From contig CAZSKP010000005.1 of the NCBI GenBank assembly GCA_964607485.1, positions 101,052-165,051 on the forward strand: a DNA stretch of 64,000 nt, written 5' to 3'. This stretch comes from an uncultured bacterium (GTDB taxonomy: Bacteria; Abyssobacteria; SURF-5). The notes under the pieces were generated by a model that had not been told where the DNA came from, ran no database searches, and saw nothing but the letters and a program-made list of their open reading frames with translations. This document shows, in pieces, positions 20,198-30,306 of this stretch. A program made the translations under genes and the position numbers. How positions within the stretch are numbered: the stretch's first letter is position 1; every line of letters starts with the position of its first letter.

Positions 20198-21784
20198 TCA
20201 CTTTGCATACTCGACCGCGCGGGTCTCACGTATGCATATTATCTTAATCTGACCCGGATATTCAAGTTCCTGCTCGATCTTCTTCGTTATGTCGCGAGCG
20301 AGCTGGGTCATCTCGGCGTCGCTGAGTTTTTCGGGCTCGATTATCACCCGAATCTCGCGGCCGGCCTGAATGGCATACGTTTTCTCGACGCCGACAAAGC
20401 TGTCGGCGATGTGTTCCAGCTTCTCCAGCCTCTTCACGTATGTCTCGAGCGTCTCGCGCCGTGCGCCGGGTCTTGCGGCGGAGACGGCGTCGCTCGCCTG
20501 GGTGAGGACCGCGATCAACGAATTGGGCGACACGTCGTTGTGGTGAGCCTCGATAGCGTTGACGATTATGTCGCTCTCGCCGAATTTCTTCGCCAGTTGC
20601 GCCCCGATGCGGGCGTGGGTGCCCTCGACCTCGTGGTCGAGAGCTTTCCCGATGTCGTGCACAAAGCCGGCGCGCTTGGCCTGTTGCACGTTGAGCCCCA
20701 GCTCTGCCGCCATTATGCCGCAGATGAAGGCGACCTCCTTCGAGTGCTGGAGCACGTTCTGGCCGTAACTCGTCCGGTACCTCAGCCGGCCCATCAGCCT
20801 TATTTCTTCCGGGTGCAGGCTGTGCACTCCGGTTTCCAGCGCTGCGTTTTCGCCTTCCTCGCGGATGGCCGTCTCCATTTCTTCCTGAACCTTTGCGACG
20901 ACCTCTTCGATTCTGGCGGGATGAATCCGCCCATCGGCTATCAGGCGTTCGAGCGAAATTCGAGCGATTTCTCTTCGGATGGGGTCGAAGCCTGAAAGGA
21001 TAACGGCTTCAGGAGTGTCGTCAACGATTATGTCGATGCCGGTGGCGTTCTCCAGGGCCCTGATGTTCCGGCCTTCCCTTCCTATTATGCGGCCTTTCAT
21101 CTCATCGTTTGGAAGGGAGACCACCGAGACGGTCGATTCAACGACGTAGTCTGCCGCGCATCGCTGAATCGCGTTGCAGATTATTTCCTTCGCCTTTTTC
21201 TCGGCCACTTCGCGCGTCTCATCTTCTATCCTCTTAATGCGAAGGGCCGCCTCGTGCTTGACCTGCTCCTCAAGCTGAGAGAGCAGGAGTTTCCTCGCGT
21301 CGGCGGCGGTCAGGCCGGACAGGTTTTGCAGCTTGTCGCGTTGCTGCTCTATCAGGCTCTGGAACTCCTCGCGCATCTTGTTGACGTTCTTGTCACGCGC
21401 GCTCAGGTCTTTCTCTCTGGCGACGAGATTGTTTTCTTTCCTCTCGAGGAGTTCAACCTTTTTGTCGAGGTTTTCCTCCCGTTGAATCAGACGCTTTTCG
21501 AGCTCCAGAACCTCTTGCTTGCGCTCCCACGTCTCCTTCTCAAATTGCGTCCGCATCTTGAGGCGCTCGTCTTTTATCTCGAGGAGCCCCTCTTTGATTA
21601 TTGAATTTGCCTCCTTCTGCGCGTTTCCGGTAATTCTCTCGGCGGCTTTCCTTGCGGAACTCAGACGCCGCCTGCCCAGCAAAAGCCATACGGCGAGACC
21701 CAACACCATTATTATGACCCCCACCGCAATCCCTATGAGAAGGGACAGACGGGGGTCGCCAACGAAATAGCGGTTGAAATCCAC
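20198..21784 (-). CDS. rny: ribonuclease Y
   Basis: N-terminal TM, coiled coil, KH ([13 protein letters not shown]) and HD (HDIGKA) domains. Confidence 0.97.
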   Translation of the reverse strand: MDFNRYFVGDPRLSLLIGIAVGVIIMVLGLAVWLLLGRRRLSSARKAAERITGNAQKEANSIIKEGLLEIKDERLKMRTQFEKETWERKQEVLELEKRLIQREENLDKKVELLERKENNLVAREKDLSARDKNVNKMREEFQSLIEQQRDKLQNLSGLTAADARKLLLSQLEEQVKHEAALRIKRIEDETREVAEKKAKEIICNAIQRCAADYVVESTVSVVSLPNDEMKGRIIGREGRNIRALENATGIDIIVDDTPEAVILSGFDPIRREIARISLERLIADGRIHPARIEEVVAKVQEEMETAIREEGENAALETGVHSLHPEEIRLMGRLRYRTSYGQNVLQHSKEVAFICGIMAAELGLNVQQAKRAGFVHDIGKALDHEVEGTHARIGAQLAKKFGESDIIVNAIEAHHNDVSPNSLIAVLTQASDAVSAARPGARRETLETYVKRLEKLEHIADSFVGVEKTYAIQAGREIRVIIEPEKLSDAEMTQLARDITKKIEQELEYPGQIKIICIRETRAVEYAK

Positions 21785-22176
21785 GATATCTATTTTCCTT
21801 CACCCCCCATAATAATATGTAAACGGAGCGCCCACCCAAAGCCAGCGCAGACACCCCTGCCTCACGTAACGGACGGACACGGTTCACCGTCCTAATTTCG
21901 TGTGTACCAATAGGTTGTCTCACAGAACTAATTGATCTCCAAGAACTTCGAAAATGTTGCAAAACTTTCGTCGCCAGTTACTCAATCTCATTGTCATTAT
22001 AGATTGGCAGTACATGAAAAGTCAAGAACAAACATTGGCGAGGCTCCCCCTCCAGGTTGACAGAAGCGATGAATTTTCAAGATGTTAAGGAATGGAATGC
22101 GAACCTGCGTGCATCTTCGTCGACTGCTGCGGCGGACGTGACAACATGCCTTGATTGTGGTATCATTGTTTGATAT

Positions 22177-24378
22177 ATGAAACAGAAAACCGAGCAGATC
22201 CGCAGAGCCTCGTCCAAAGCGCCCGAGCCTCCAAAGGAGCGACCACAGCAGGACACCACGCGAAAGAGACGGTTTTCGTTCAGTCTCCGACGCCTGTTGT
22301 TTCTGATGTTGGGGGGAGGACTCTTGGGCGTGGCATGTGGCATATCGCTGGGCCTCACCCGCGACCTTCCCCAGATCACGAATCTGGAAAATTTCAAGCC
22401 CATGCTGTCGTCCATCGTGCGTTCATCTGACGGCCAGGTGCTGGCGGAATTCGGAATCGAAAAGAGGCAACGCACCTCGCTCACCCGGATGCCGCCCCAA
22501 CTGCAACAGGCCTTCCTCGCGGTCGAGGACCAATATTTTTACCGGCACTTTGGCGTGAACCCGGCGGGAATTCTCCGGGCGGCCTACGAGAATATAATGG
22601 CGGGCCACGTCGTCCAAGGCGGTAGCACGATCACTCAGCAACTGGCACGCAACCTTTTCCTGACCCGACGGAGAGACTTCGCCCGCAAAGCGCGCGAGGC
22701 GATTCTGGCGCTTCAAATCGAGAGAAGCTATACGAAAGAACAGATACTCGAGATGTATCTGAACCAGATATACCTCGGCCACGGCGCATACGGCGTCGAA
22801 GAAGCGTCTCAGCTTTACTTTGGCAAGCACGCCGAAGACTTGACGCTCGCCCAGTGCGCTTTGCTGGCGGCGCTTCCCAAGGCGCCCAACAAGTATTCGC
22901 CCAAGAACAATCCCGCCGCCGCGCTCCGAAGGAGAAATCTCGTTCTGGAGATGATGTACCATGAGGGCTACATCACCAAGGAAGAATGCATCTCGGCCAA
23001 GTTCGAGCCCATCCTTCTGGCGACTCCGTCCACGAAGAAGTCCTCCTTAGCGCCGTATTTCGCCGAATACGTTCGACAATACGTCATCGACAGGTACGGC
23101 TATGACATGCTTTACAAAGGAGGGCTCCAGATACATACCACACTCGACCTCAAAATGCAGCAAGCGGCCGAGGCGGCGATCGAGGAGAGCCTCAGGAAAT
23201 ATCAGTTGCAGCGAACGGTCGAGTCTCTGAACGAAAACCGCGATGAGGCGGGCGGAGCCGACGAGGCCCTGCCCGATGATATTTCGGCACCACGCGAAGC
23301 GAGTAAGGTGCCGAAAGAGATGGCCACCGACATCGTGCAGGCGGCGCTTGTGGCCATAGACCCCCGCTCGGGCGAGATCCGCGCCTTGGTGGGCGGACGC
23401 GACTTTGACAAGAGCGAGTTCAACCGTGCGGTTCAGGCTCGACGACAACCGGGTTCCGGATTCAAACCGTTCATCTGGGCGACAGCCCTCGAAAGCGGCA
23501 TGACGGCCTCAGACAGGATAGTCGATGCCCCCGTCGTGTTTCACTTTCAAGATAAGGTGTGGGAGCCCAAGAACTATGAGGACCGCTTCTACGGCCCCAC
23601 AACGCTCAGAGAAGCCTTGGAACACTCTCGCAACATAGTCGCCATAAGACTGCTGAACCAACTGGGAGTCACTCCCGTTATCAGGCTCGCCCACAGAATG
23701 GGAATAGACAGTTACCTCCAGCCGAACCTCACGCTCGCCCTCGGTTCCACCGGTGTGAGCCCTCTCGAAATCACCTCAGCCTTCGCGACATTCGATGCAG
23801 GCGGCATCCAGCGGGAACCGACGTCGGTTCTGAGGATAATCGGCCCGGATGGCGCGATTATCGAAGAAAAACAGCCCCGAGAGCGCATAGCTCTCTCCGA
23901 GCAGACGGCCTACATCATGACCACGCTGATGGAAGGCGTCGTCGAAAGGGGCACGGGCAGGGCAGCCAGGGACCTTGGACGTCCCTGCGCGGGCAAGACC
24001 GGGACCACCAACGACTGCACCGACGCCTGGTTCATCGGTTACACACCTCAACTTGTCACGGGCGTGTGGGTTGGGTATGACGACATGAGGTCGCTGGGAA
24101 AGAGACAGACCGGTGGACGTGTGGCCGCACCCATCTGGACGAGCTTCATGAAGGCCGCCCTCGCCGGCGAGCCAGTGGAAGATTTCAGCGTTCCGCCCGA
24201 CATCGAATTCGTTGAGGTCGAAAGCAGCAGCGGGCTTCTGCCGCCTCCCGGAAGCGTAAACAAAATCACGCAGGCCTTTCAAGCGGGCACCGCCCCCACA
24301 AGATATCACGACCCCGACGAAGATGAACGCACGGCGGAAGACATCATGCACATATTTCCCACCGACTTGCCCCTCTGA
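22177..24378 (+). CDS. class A penicillin-binding protein (PBP1A family)
   Basis: GT motifs EDQYF, GGSTITQQ and RKAREA; TP motifs SGFK, SRN and KTG. Confidence 0.95.
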   Translation: MKQKTEQIRRASSKAPEPPKERPQQDTTRKRRFSFSLRRLLFLMLGGGLLGVACGISLGLTRDLPQITNLENFKPMLSSIVRSSDGQVLAEFGIEKRQRTSLTRMPPQLQQAFLAVEDQYFYRHFGVNPAGILRAAYENIMAGHVVQGGSTITQQLARNLFLTRRRDFARKAREAILALQIERSYTKEQILEMYLNQIYLGHGAYGVEEASQLYFGKHAEDLTLAQCALLAALPKAPNKYSPKNNPAAALRRRNLVLEMMYHEGYITKEECISAKFEPILLATPSTKKSSLAPYFAEYVRQYVIDRYGYDMLYKGGLQIHTTLDLKMQQAAEAAIEESLRKYQLQRTVESLNENRDEAGGADEALPDDISAPREASKVPKEMATDIVQAALVAIDPRSGEIRALVGGRDFDKSEFNRAVQARRQPGSGFKPFIWATALESGMTASDRIVDAPVVFHFQDKVWEPKNYEDRFYGPTTLREALEHSRNIVAIRLLNQLGVTPVIRLAHRMGIDSYLQPNLTLALGSTGVSPLEITSAFATFDAGGIQREPTSVLRIIGPDGAIIEEKQPRERIALSEQTAYIMTTLMEGVVERGTGRAARDLGRPCAGKTGTTNDCTDAWFIGYTPQLVTGVWVGYDDMRSLGKRQTGGRVAAPIWTSFMKAALAGEPVEDFSVPPDIEFVEVESSSGLLPPPGSVNKITQAFQAGTAPTRYHDPDEDERTAEDIMHIFPTDLPL

Positions 24379-24419
24379 GCCGGGTCGCGGGCGCCTTGCG
24401 ACACGCCTGGAATCGCCTC

Positions 24420-24448
24420 TTGACATCCATCGCGAAAGGCAATAGAAT
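24420..24448 (+). promoter_or_regulatory. sigma70-type promoter candidate
   Basis: TTGACA-17bp-TAGAAT upstream of the SDR gene. Confidence 0.6.
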
Positions 24449-24554
24449 TAGCTCGCCTCGGAACACCCCAATAAAAACAATGGTTCATTTGATTCCGCAT
24501 GACGTGTAGAATCGTCTTGGTGGCGGACAATAAGTTGAAGGGAGGAGAACAGAG

Positions 24555-25397
24555 ATGGGACTGCTTGACGGAAAAGTGGCAATCGTTACCGGCTCCGGCG
24601 GCGGAATAGGCCGGTGTCATGCCTTGGCGCTGGCCAAAGAAGGCGCAAAAGTAGTGGTCAACGACGTGGGAGGCGACCGCAGCGGCACGGGCGGTGGCAA
24701 AAGCATGGCCGACAAGGTTGTGGATGAGATCAAGGCCGCCGGCGGAGAGGCAGCGGCAAACTATGACAGCGTTGCCACCATGGCGGGCGGCAAGGCTATC
24801 GTGCAAACGGCTCTGGACACCTTCGGCAGGATCGACATACTTGTCAACAACGCCGGCATCCTGCGTGACAAATCCCTGCTCAAGATGGATGAAAACATGT
24901 GGGACGGCGTCATTGCCGTGCACCTCAAAGGGACATTCGCATGCACCCAGCCCGCAGCCGCCTGGATGAAGGAAAACGGTCAGGGCGGACGGATAATCAA
25001 CACCAGCTCCACCTCCGGCCTCCTGGGCAACTTCGGCCAGTCGAACTACGGCGCCGCGAAGGCGGGCATAGCCGGCTTTACCCGCGTCTGCGCGATCGAG
25101 CTTGCAAAGTACGGCATCACTGTGAACGCATTGGTGCCCGTCGCAAAGACGCGGATGACCGAAGACCTCGCTCCCTTTGCACAGCTTGGGGAAGGCGAGC
25201 TCGATCCGGCATACATCTCGCCGATGCTCGTGTTCCTTGCCTCAGACCTTGGCAAGGACATCAACGGCAAATTCTTCCTTATCCAGGGCCCGCGCATCTC
25301 CATGATGGAAGTCAAGGCTACCGAGGGCGTAGGCAAGGATGCGATGTGGACGCCGCAGGAAATCGCGAAAAGCTTGGACAAAATCATGGCCTGGTAA
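24555..25397 (+). CDS. SDR family oxidoreductase (3-hydroxyacyl-CoA dehydrogenase-like)
   Basis: TGSGGGIG, VNNAGILRD and GNFGQSNYGAAK. Confidence 0.93.
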   Translation: MGLLDGKVAIVTGSGGGIGRCHALALAKEGAKVVVNDVGGDRSGTGGGKSMADKVVDEIKAAGGEAAANYDSVATMAGGKAIVQTALDTFGRIDILVNNAGILRDKSLLKMDENMWDGVIAVHLKGTFACTQPAAAWMKENGQGGRIINTSSTSGLLGNFGQSNYGAAKAGIAGFTRVCAIELAKYGITVNALVPVAKTRMTEDLAPFAQLGEGELDPAYISPMLVFLASDLGKDINGKFFLIQGPRISMMEVKATEGVGKDAMWTPQEIAKSLDKIMAW

Positions 25398-25422
25398 CGC
25401 GCCTTTCACTGAAAGGAAAACG

Positions 25423-25454
25423 GTGAGCCGCAGCGATGCGGCTCACGTTTTTTT
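25423..25454 (+). terminator. intrinsic terminator
   Basis: GTGAGCCGCA-GCGA-TGCGGCTCAC followed by GTTTTTTT. Confidence 0.85.
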
Positions 25455-25593
25455 CGGACCTCTCATTCCGGTAGCGAGGAAGTCTCTTCCGTCGGGGCTC
25501 CCACTGGACAACGATATCGAGAGTATTTAGAATATGGTTATGATTTCTCTAATCCGATTTGTGATGTTCTATATGACCGGCAGCTTGGAAGAC

Positions 25594-26565
25594 ATGTCGA
25601 AAATGTGGCTGTTCATCGGGATCTTAGTCGTGCTGGCGTCATGTGGAGGAGGTAATAATCAGGGTCGCGCGGCCGAGGGGCCCGCCCGCCTGTTGCCGCC
25701 TGCTCCCGCCGAATGGCGCGAAGCAGGGGAGACGCTGACGTTTTCCGACGTCGCGCTCTCGAATTATATCAATGGCGGCGCCGAGGCGTACTTCGCCTAT
25801 GGATTCAAGCGGGTGGCCGTGCGGGAGTTTCGGAGCGCCTCCGACGCACGGCTGACTGTGGAAATTTATGAGATGGACCGCCCCGAGAACGCCTATGGCA
25901 TTTACTCGACCGACTCGGCCGGCGAACACTGGCCCGTCGGAGCCGACGCCTCATACGGTGACGGGTTGCTCAGGTTCTGGAAAGGACCGTACTTCGTGCG
26001 CATCATGTGCTTCCCGCCCGATTCCTCCGTCGAGACTCTCATTCGGGAAATTGGCGCCGGGATTGCGGACGCCATCGTCGCGGAAAGCCGGCGGCCGAAC
26101 ATAGTGAAGCTGCTGCCCGAAGGGGCGTACGTGCCCGACACCGCCTGCTACTTTCACCGGCAGACATCTCTGAACAACATACGGTTTCTCTCGGACGAGA
26201 ACCTGCTTCACCTCGGCGACGACGTGGACGCGCTCACGTGGGAACAGGAGGTCTCGGACCCAAAAGGGAAGCGGAGCAGGCTGAGACACATCGTCATCCG
26301 CTATCCGTCGCAGTCTTCCGCCTCTGCGGCGTTTGATGATTTCACGACGAAATATCTTCGAGCCGAAAACGTTTCAACGACCGAGGCGCGAGTGAGGACA
26401 CCGCTCGTCGGCCGGTTGTCCAACGAACGGTACGCCGCGGCGGGCCTTGAAGGTGAATGGGTGTTGTTCATCCTCGACGCCGACTCTCCCGAATCGGCCG
26501 CCAAGGCTCTAGCCCAGACCGATGCAAGGTTGGACGCCTTCATCCGTCAACCAAAGGGGAAATAA
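25594..26565 (+). CDS. lipoprotein, DUF6599-like
   Basis: Lipobox LASC; LSNYINGGAEAY and VEIYEM...AYGIYS...FWKG motifs. Confidence 0.7.
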   Translation: MSKMWLFIGILVVLASCGGGNNQGRAAEGPARLLPPAPAEWREAGETLTFSDVALSNYINGGAEAYFAYGFKRVAVREFRSASDARLTVEIYEMDRPENAYGIYSTDSAGEHWPVGADASYGDGLLRFWKGPYFVRIMCFPPDSSVETLIREIGAGIADAIVAESRRPNIVKLLPEGAYVPDTACYFHRQTSLNNIRFLSDENLLHLGDDVDALTWEQEVSDPKGKRSRLRHIVIRYPSQSSASAAFDDFTTKYLRAENVSTTEARVRTPLVGRLSNERYAAAGLEGEWVLFILDADSPESAAKALAQTDARLDAFIRQPKGK

Positions 26566-26567
26566 TC

Positions 26568-27593
26568 ATGATGCACGGAAAAGATGAACCTCGTTCCCAC
26601 GGCTCACTCACGAGAAGGGATTTCTTGAGAGACACGGCGCTGGGTGCGGCGGGCGTCGCCCTCGGGGCGGCCGGCTGTTCCCCGTTTGCGGAAGCGGGCT
26701 ACGAGCCGGTCGTCGGCGAATCGCTTCCAGCCGGCAAGAGCAGGGTCGTTCTCGTGCGTGAAGAAGACGCTTTTGGCAATAACGGAACGCCTCGGGAGGA
26801 GCGGCTGGGGGAGATGCTGGAACGAGCGATGCTCGAGCTTGCAGGAGAGTCGAAAAGCGACGCCGCCTGGGCACGATTCTTCAAGGCGGACGACGTCGTG
26901 GGTGTGAAGATAAACGTGATGATGACGCCGACGTCTCCTGAGCTGTCGCGCTCGGTCGTTCGAGGGATCATGAGCGCAGGCGTGCGCGAACAGAACATAA
27001 TCCTGTGGGACAGGAACAACGCCGGTTATGGATTGGAGGGCGCCACGGTTCGCAACGAGAAGTTCGGCTACGATTCGAAATCGCTCAGCCGGATAGTCAC
27101 CGACAAGGCGACCGCTCTGGTGAACGTTCCGGGAACAAAGGTGCACTGGCTCGCCGGCGTGGGGGTGGCTCTGAAAAACTGGGTCGGGGCCGTGACGAAC
27201 ATAAATGTGCCCGACATAGGAGTGGCTTACAAAATCCACGGCGATAGCTGCGCCGAATGCGCGAGCATTCCGGCGATATCTGCCATCAGGGACAAATCCC
27301 GGCTGGTTGTGGTCGATGCGCTCAGGCCGCTCTTCCACGGAGGGCCGCAGGTCAACCCGCGCTATCTCTGGCCGTATCGAGGGATAATTGTCGGCGTCGA
27401 TCCAGTAGCCGTCGACACCGTGTGCATGAAGATATTGGAGGCAAAGCGCCGCGAGTACAAGGGAGAGGAGTGGCCGATCAGCCCTCCGCCGAAGCTCATC
27501 TTCACGGCAGAGCGAAAATACAGACTCGGCCACGCCAACATGGAGAACATCGAGATCGTGAAGCTGGGGTGGAAGGACGGAGTCCTGGTGTGA
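26568..27593 (+). CDS. Tat-exported DUF362-domain protein
   Basis: TRRDFL signal, VGVKIN, ALKN and DPVAVD motifs. Confidence 0.8.
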   Translation: MMHGKDEPRSHGSLTRRDFLRDTALGAAGVALGAAGCSPFAEAGYEPVVGESLPAGKSRVVLVREEDAFGNNGTPREERLGEMLERAMLELAGESKSDAAWARFFKADDVVGVKINVMMTPTSPELSRSVVRGIMSAGVREQNIILWDRNNAGYGLEGATVRNEKFGYDSKSLSRIVTDKATALVNVPGTKVHWLAGVGVALKNWVGAVTNINVPDIGVAYKIHGDSCAECASIPAISAIRDKSRLVVVDALRPLFHGGPQVNPRYLWPYRGIIVGVDPVAVDTVCMKILEAKRREYKGEEWPISPPPKLIFTAERKYRLGHANMENIEIVKLGWKDGVLV

Positions 27594-27625
27594 TGCGCCC
27601 CGCCGGAACCCGGCGTCTTCCCTTT

Positions 27626-27756
27626 GCAGGCTGGAAGCCTGCGCTACATCAGAGCCCGTCATTTCCTTCTCTACATTTGAGCCGTCGTCCTTTTCTTGGC
27701 TGACTGGATGTCTCTGCGCTGCTTCAGAGCCGTCGTAGCGCAGGCATCTTGCCTGC
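27626..27756. repeat. inverted REP doublet
   Basis: GCAGGCTGGAAGCCTGCGCTAC (27626-27647) and GTAGCGCAGGCATCTTGCCTGC (27735-27756). Each is a GTAG-footed hairpin. Confidence 0.75.
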
Positions 27757-27957
27757 ACGACACGGCGACCAGCTTGACAAATCACTTTTTCAAGTGATAG
27801 CGTGATGAACCGGAGCTGATGAGGGTGTCTCCTCTTTTTATGGTTTTCATTCATGGAGATACCCTCTACAGTTTTTGTCTCCTCTTCAGTCAATTCCAAA
27901 CCTTCTCTGCCCCCGAAAGATGCCTCCCGCTGACGGTCCTAGAACGCCCGCCGTTGC

Positions 27958-27986
27958 TTGACATTTGATGGTGCTGTTTATAAGAT
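27958..27986 (+). promoter_or_regulatory. sigma70-type promoter candidate
   Basis: TTGACA-17bp-TAAGAT upstream of the nucleotidyltransferase gene. Confidence 0.6.
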
Positions 27987-28017
27987 GAGTGTGTAAATCG
28001 TTTATTCGCGAAGGTGT

Positions 28018-29403
28018 GTGAAAGTGGCGGCAGCACTGAAAACCGACTACTCTATTCCGCGACAGGTATTGCGGATTTTCGACGCGTTCGAGCGCGAAGG
28101 GGTACAGGTGTACCTTGTCGGAGGAATCGTCCGTGAAATCCTGCGCGGGTCGGAAGAAGAGCTCAACGATTTCGATTTCGCCACGCCGACGTCCGCCGAG
28201 CAGACCGCCAAGATTCTCCGGAAGGCCGGCATGCGTCCCATTCCGATAGGGATGGCGTTCGGCACGGTGGGCGCGTTCATCGAGGGCATAAGGGCGGACA
28301 TCACCACCTTTCGGCGTGGCGAGGAGTACAAGCCGCGCTCCCGGCATCCGCAGGTCGATTTCGGGGGCACGATAGAGGAGGACTTGCAGCGGCGCGATTT
28401 CTGCATGAATGCGATTGCGATGACGAAGTCGGGCGAGATAATCGACCCATATGACGGATTGAAGGACATAAAGAACAAGCACATCTCGGTCGCGGGCGAT
28501 GCGGCGAAAGTGTTCAGCGACGACCCTCTGCGGCTCCTGCGGGCGGCGCGGTTTGTCTCGCAGCTCGGCTACTCGGTGGTGCCGTCGGTCAAGAAAACCG
28601 CCCGCAAGATGGCGTTTTTCATAACTGCGGTCTCGCGCGAGCGCTGGAAGATGGAGATGGACAAGCTGCTCATGGGCGACGACGTGCATAAGGGGCTCGA
28701 CTATCTGCTCGAGAGCGACCTGCTCACCTTCATGATGCCTGAGGTGACCGTGCTGAAGGGCTTCAACCAGACCGACGAGTACCACCACAAGGACGTGTGG
28801 GAACATACCAAGCGAGCGCTGAAGGCCTCGGTCAAGCGGCTCGACGTGCGGTGGGCCTTGCTGTTCCACGATTTGGGTAAACCCTACACGAAATCCGTCC
28901 GGGACGGCCACGTGCATTTCTATCACCACGAGGTGGTCGGCGAGACGCTCGCGCGAAGCATCATGTTCCGACTCAGATTCTCGAACGAGCAGAGAAGGAA
29001 GGTCTCGTCGCTGATCTTCAACCACATGCGGCCCAACATGTACGACGACGACTGGAACGACTCTGCCGTACGGCGGCTCGCCAGAGACATGCGCGGCAAC
29101 GTGTTTGATCTCATTGACCTTTCGCGGGCCGACATCACGTCGATGCGGCCCGAAACCGTCCGGCGAGGGCTCGCCCGCCTCGACAAACTGCATCAACGGG
29201 TCGAGCAGGTGCTCGCCGAAGACGCGAAACAGCCGCCGCTTCCCAAGGGAATGGGAACCGCGATCATGGAGCGCTTCGGAATGGAGGAAGGCCCGCAGGT
29301 GGGCGAATACATGGCTCGTCTGCATAAGGCCGTCGATGAGGGCAGGCTGGAGCCGGGACACGACTACGACTACTATCTCTCGTTTCTCGAAGAGTCGGAA
29401 TAG
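28018..29403 (+). CDS. cca: CCA tRNA nucleotidyltransferase with HD domain
   Basis: LVGGIVRE..DFDFAT, DLQRRDF, DDPLRLLRAARF and LFHDLGK. Confidence 0.88.
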   Translation: MKVAAALKTDYSIPRQVLRIFDAFEREGVQVYLVGGIVREILRGSEEELNDFDFATPTSAEQTAKILRKAGMRPIPIGMAFGTVGAFIEGIRADITTFRRGEEYKPRSRHPQVDFGGTIEEDLQRRDFCMNAIAMTKSGEIIDPYDGLKDIKNKHISVAGDAAKVFSDDPLRLLRAARFVSQLGYSVVPSVKKTARKMAFFITAVSRERWKMEMDKLLMGDDVHKGLDYLLESDLLTFMMPEVTVLKGFNQTDEYHHKDVWEHTKRALKASVKRLDVRWALLFHDLGKPYTKSVRDGHVHFYHHEVVGETLARSIMFRLRFSNEQRRKVSSLIFNHMRPNMYDDDWNDSAVRRLARDMRGNVFDLIDLSRADITSMRPETVRRGLARLDKLHQRVEQVLAEDAKQPPLPKGMGTAIMERFGMEEGPQVGEYMARLHKAVDEGRLEPGHDYDYYLSFLEESE

Positions 29404-29500
29404 CTTTGCCGTTGGAATTTCCTTATCAAGATAACGGACAAAGTGAATCTTGAATGTTTCCGGGCGAGGAAAATCACGAAGGAAGCGTGGGGGGTGAAAT

Positions 29501-29785
29501 ATGGAATGGTGGATGAGGATGCGCATTGCTACAAAGGTCTGGCTAGTGTCAGGACTCGGCTTTTTCATCGGCATTATCATCTGGTTTTGCGTGGCCGCAA
29601 GTCGAGTGGGCCTATCTTCTGCGCTTCTTTTCCTTGCCTTGGCATGCGTGGGTCTTGTTGCCCTTGGGATTGCTGCAAAAGATATTCATCAACACGGACT
29701 TGGTGGTGTGCGATTTTATCTTTTGTGTGTTGGGGCGATGTTATCCTGTCTTGGTTTCATCGGGCCTTTTTTTCTCTGGCCATGA
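29501..29785 (+). CDS. hypothetical membrane protein (about 3 TM)
   Basis: GGGGTG RBS and hydrophobic segments; its TGA overlaps the leader of the next gene. Confidence 0.55.
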   Translation: MEWWMRMRIATKVWLVSGLGFFIGIIIWFCVAASRVGLSSALLFLALACVGLVALGIAAKDIHQHGLGGVRFYLLCVGAMLSCLGFIGPFFLWP

Positions 29786-29811
29786 GAGGAGGACGAGGAG
29801 GGGATGGGGCG

Positions 29812-30306
29812 GTGTTTATAATATTCGGCTGGGGCCGCCAGACGCGGAGGGATTGGGGTCCTACTTGCGCGCTGAGCTGTCCCAACTGTAGCAATGACAA
29901 GTTTTGGCATTTACTGAGCCTGACAAGATGGTTCACCCTTTTTTTCATTCCGGTAATTCCGTATAGCTTTAAGAACTATCTGGTCTGCCCTGTATGTTCA
30001 GAGGCGCTCGAACTCAACCGTGCGCAAACGGAGAGGGCAAAAAGGTTGAACGGGACGACCACATCTTTCTTGAACGATGAAATGACAGAAGAGCAATACC
30101 TTTCAGCCTTAGATGCTGTTGATTTGTTCGAGGAAAGAAAAGCTATAGAGCCTCCGCCTCCAAAGAAAATCTCCCTGAATTGTCCTCACTGCGATGCAAA
30201 ATACAGCGTCGGGGAACAATACGCTGGAAAGCAGGGCCGCTGCAAGAAGTGTGGGGGACTTATCGTTGTGCCCGACAGACGGCACGCGGCCACAAAGCAG
30301 GGATAG
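29812..30306 (+). CDS. zinc-ribbon protein (zinc_ribbon_15-like N-terminus plus a second C-terminal zinc ribbon)
   Basis: GTG start MFIIFGW; CPNC...WFTLFFIPVIP...CPVC; C-terminal CPHC-x15-CKKC. Confidence 0.75.
   Translation: MFIIFGWGRQTRRDWGPTCALSCPNCSNDKFWHLLSLTRWFTLFFIPVIPYSFKNYLVCPVCSEALELNRAQTERAKRLNGTTTSFLNDEMTEEQYLSALDAVDLFEERKAIEPPPPKKISLNCPHCDAKYSVGEQYAGKQGRCKKCGGLIVVPDRRHAATKQG

Noticed and set aside
27810-27835. CTGATGA as a hammerhead ribozyme or fluoride riboswitch core (also on the minus strand near 60475)
   Set aside because: The required GAAA/stem arrangement and the GGCGATGG 5' motif are missing.
26604-29580. Long antisense ORFs (26604-27899, 27886-29580) and similar shadow ORFs elsewhere, e.g. 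14309-15703, 40029-41300, 62730-63887
   Set aside because: They lie opposite well-supported genes, have no recognisable motifs, and are expected in GC-rich DNA.
29443-29811. N-terminal extension of ORF 29443-30306
   Set aside because: It overlaps the hydrophobic ORF 29501-29785. The family-like start MFIIFGW with RBS is at 29812.
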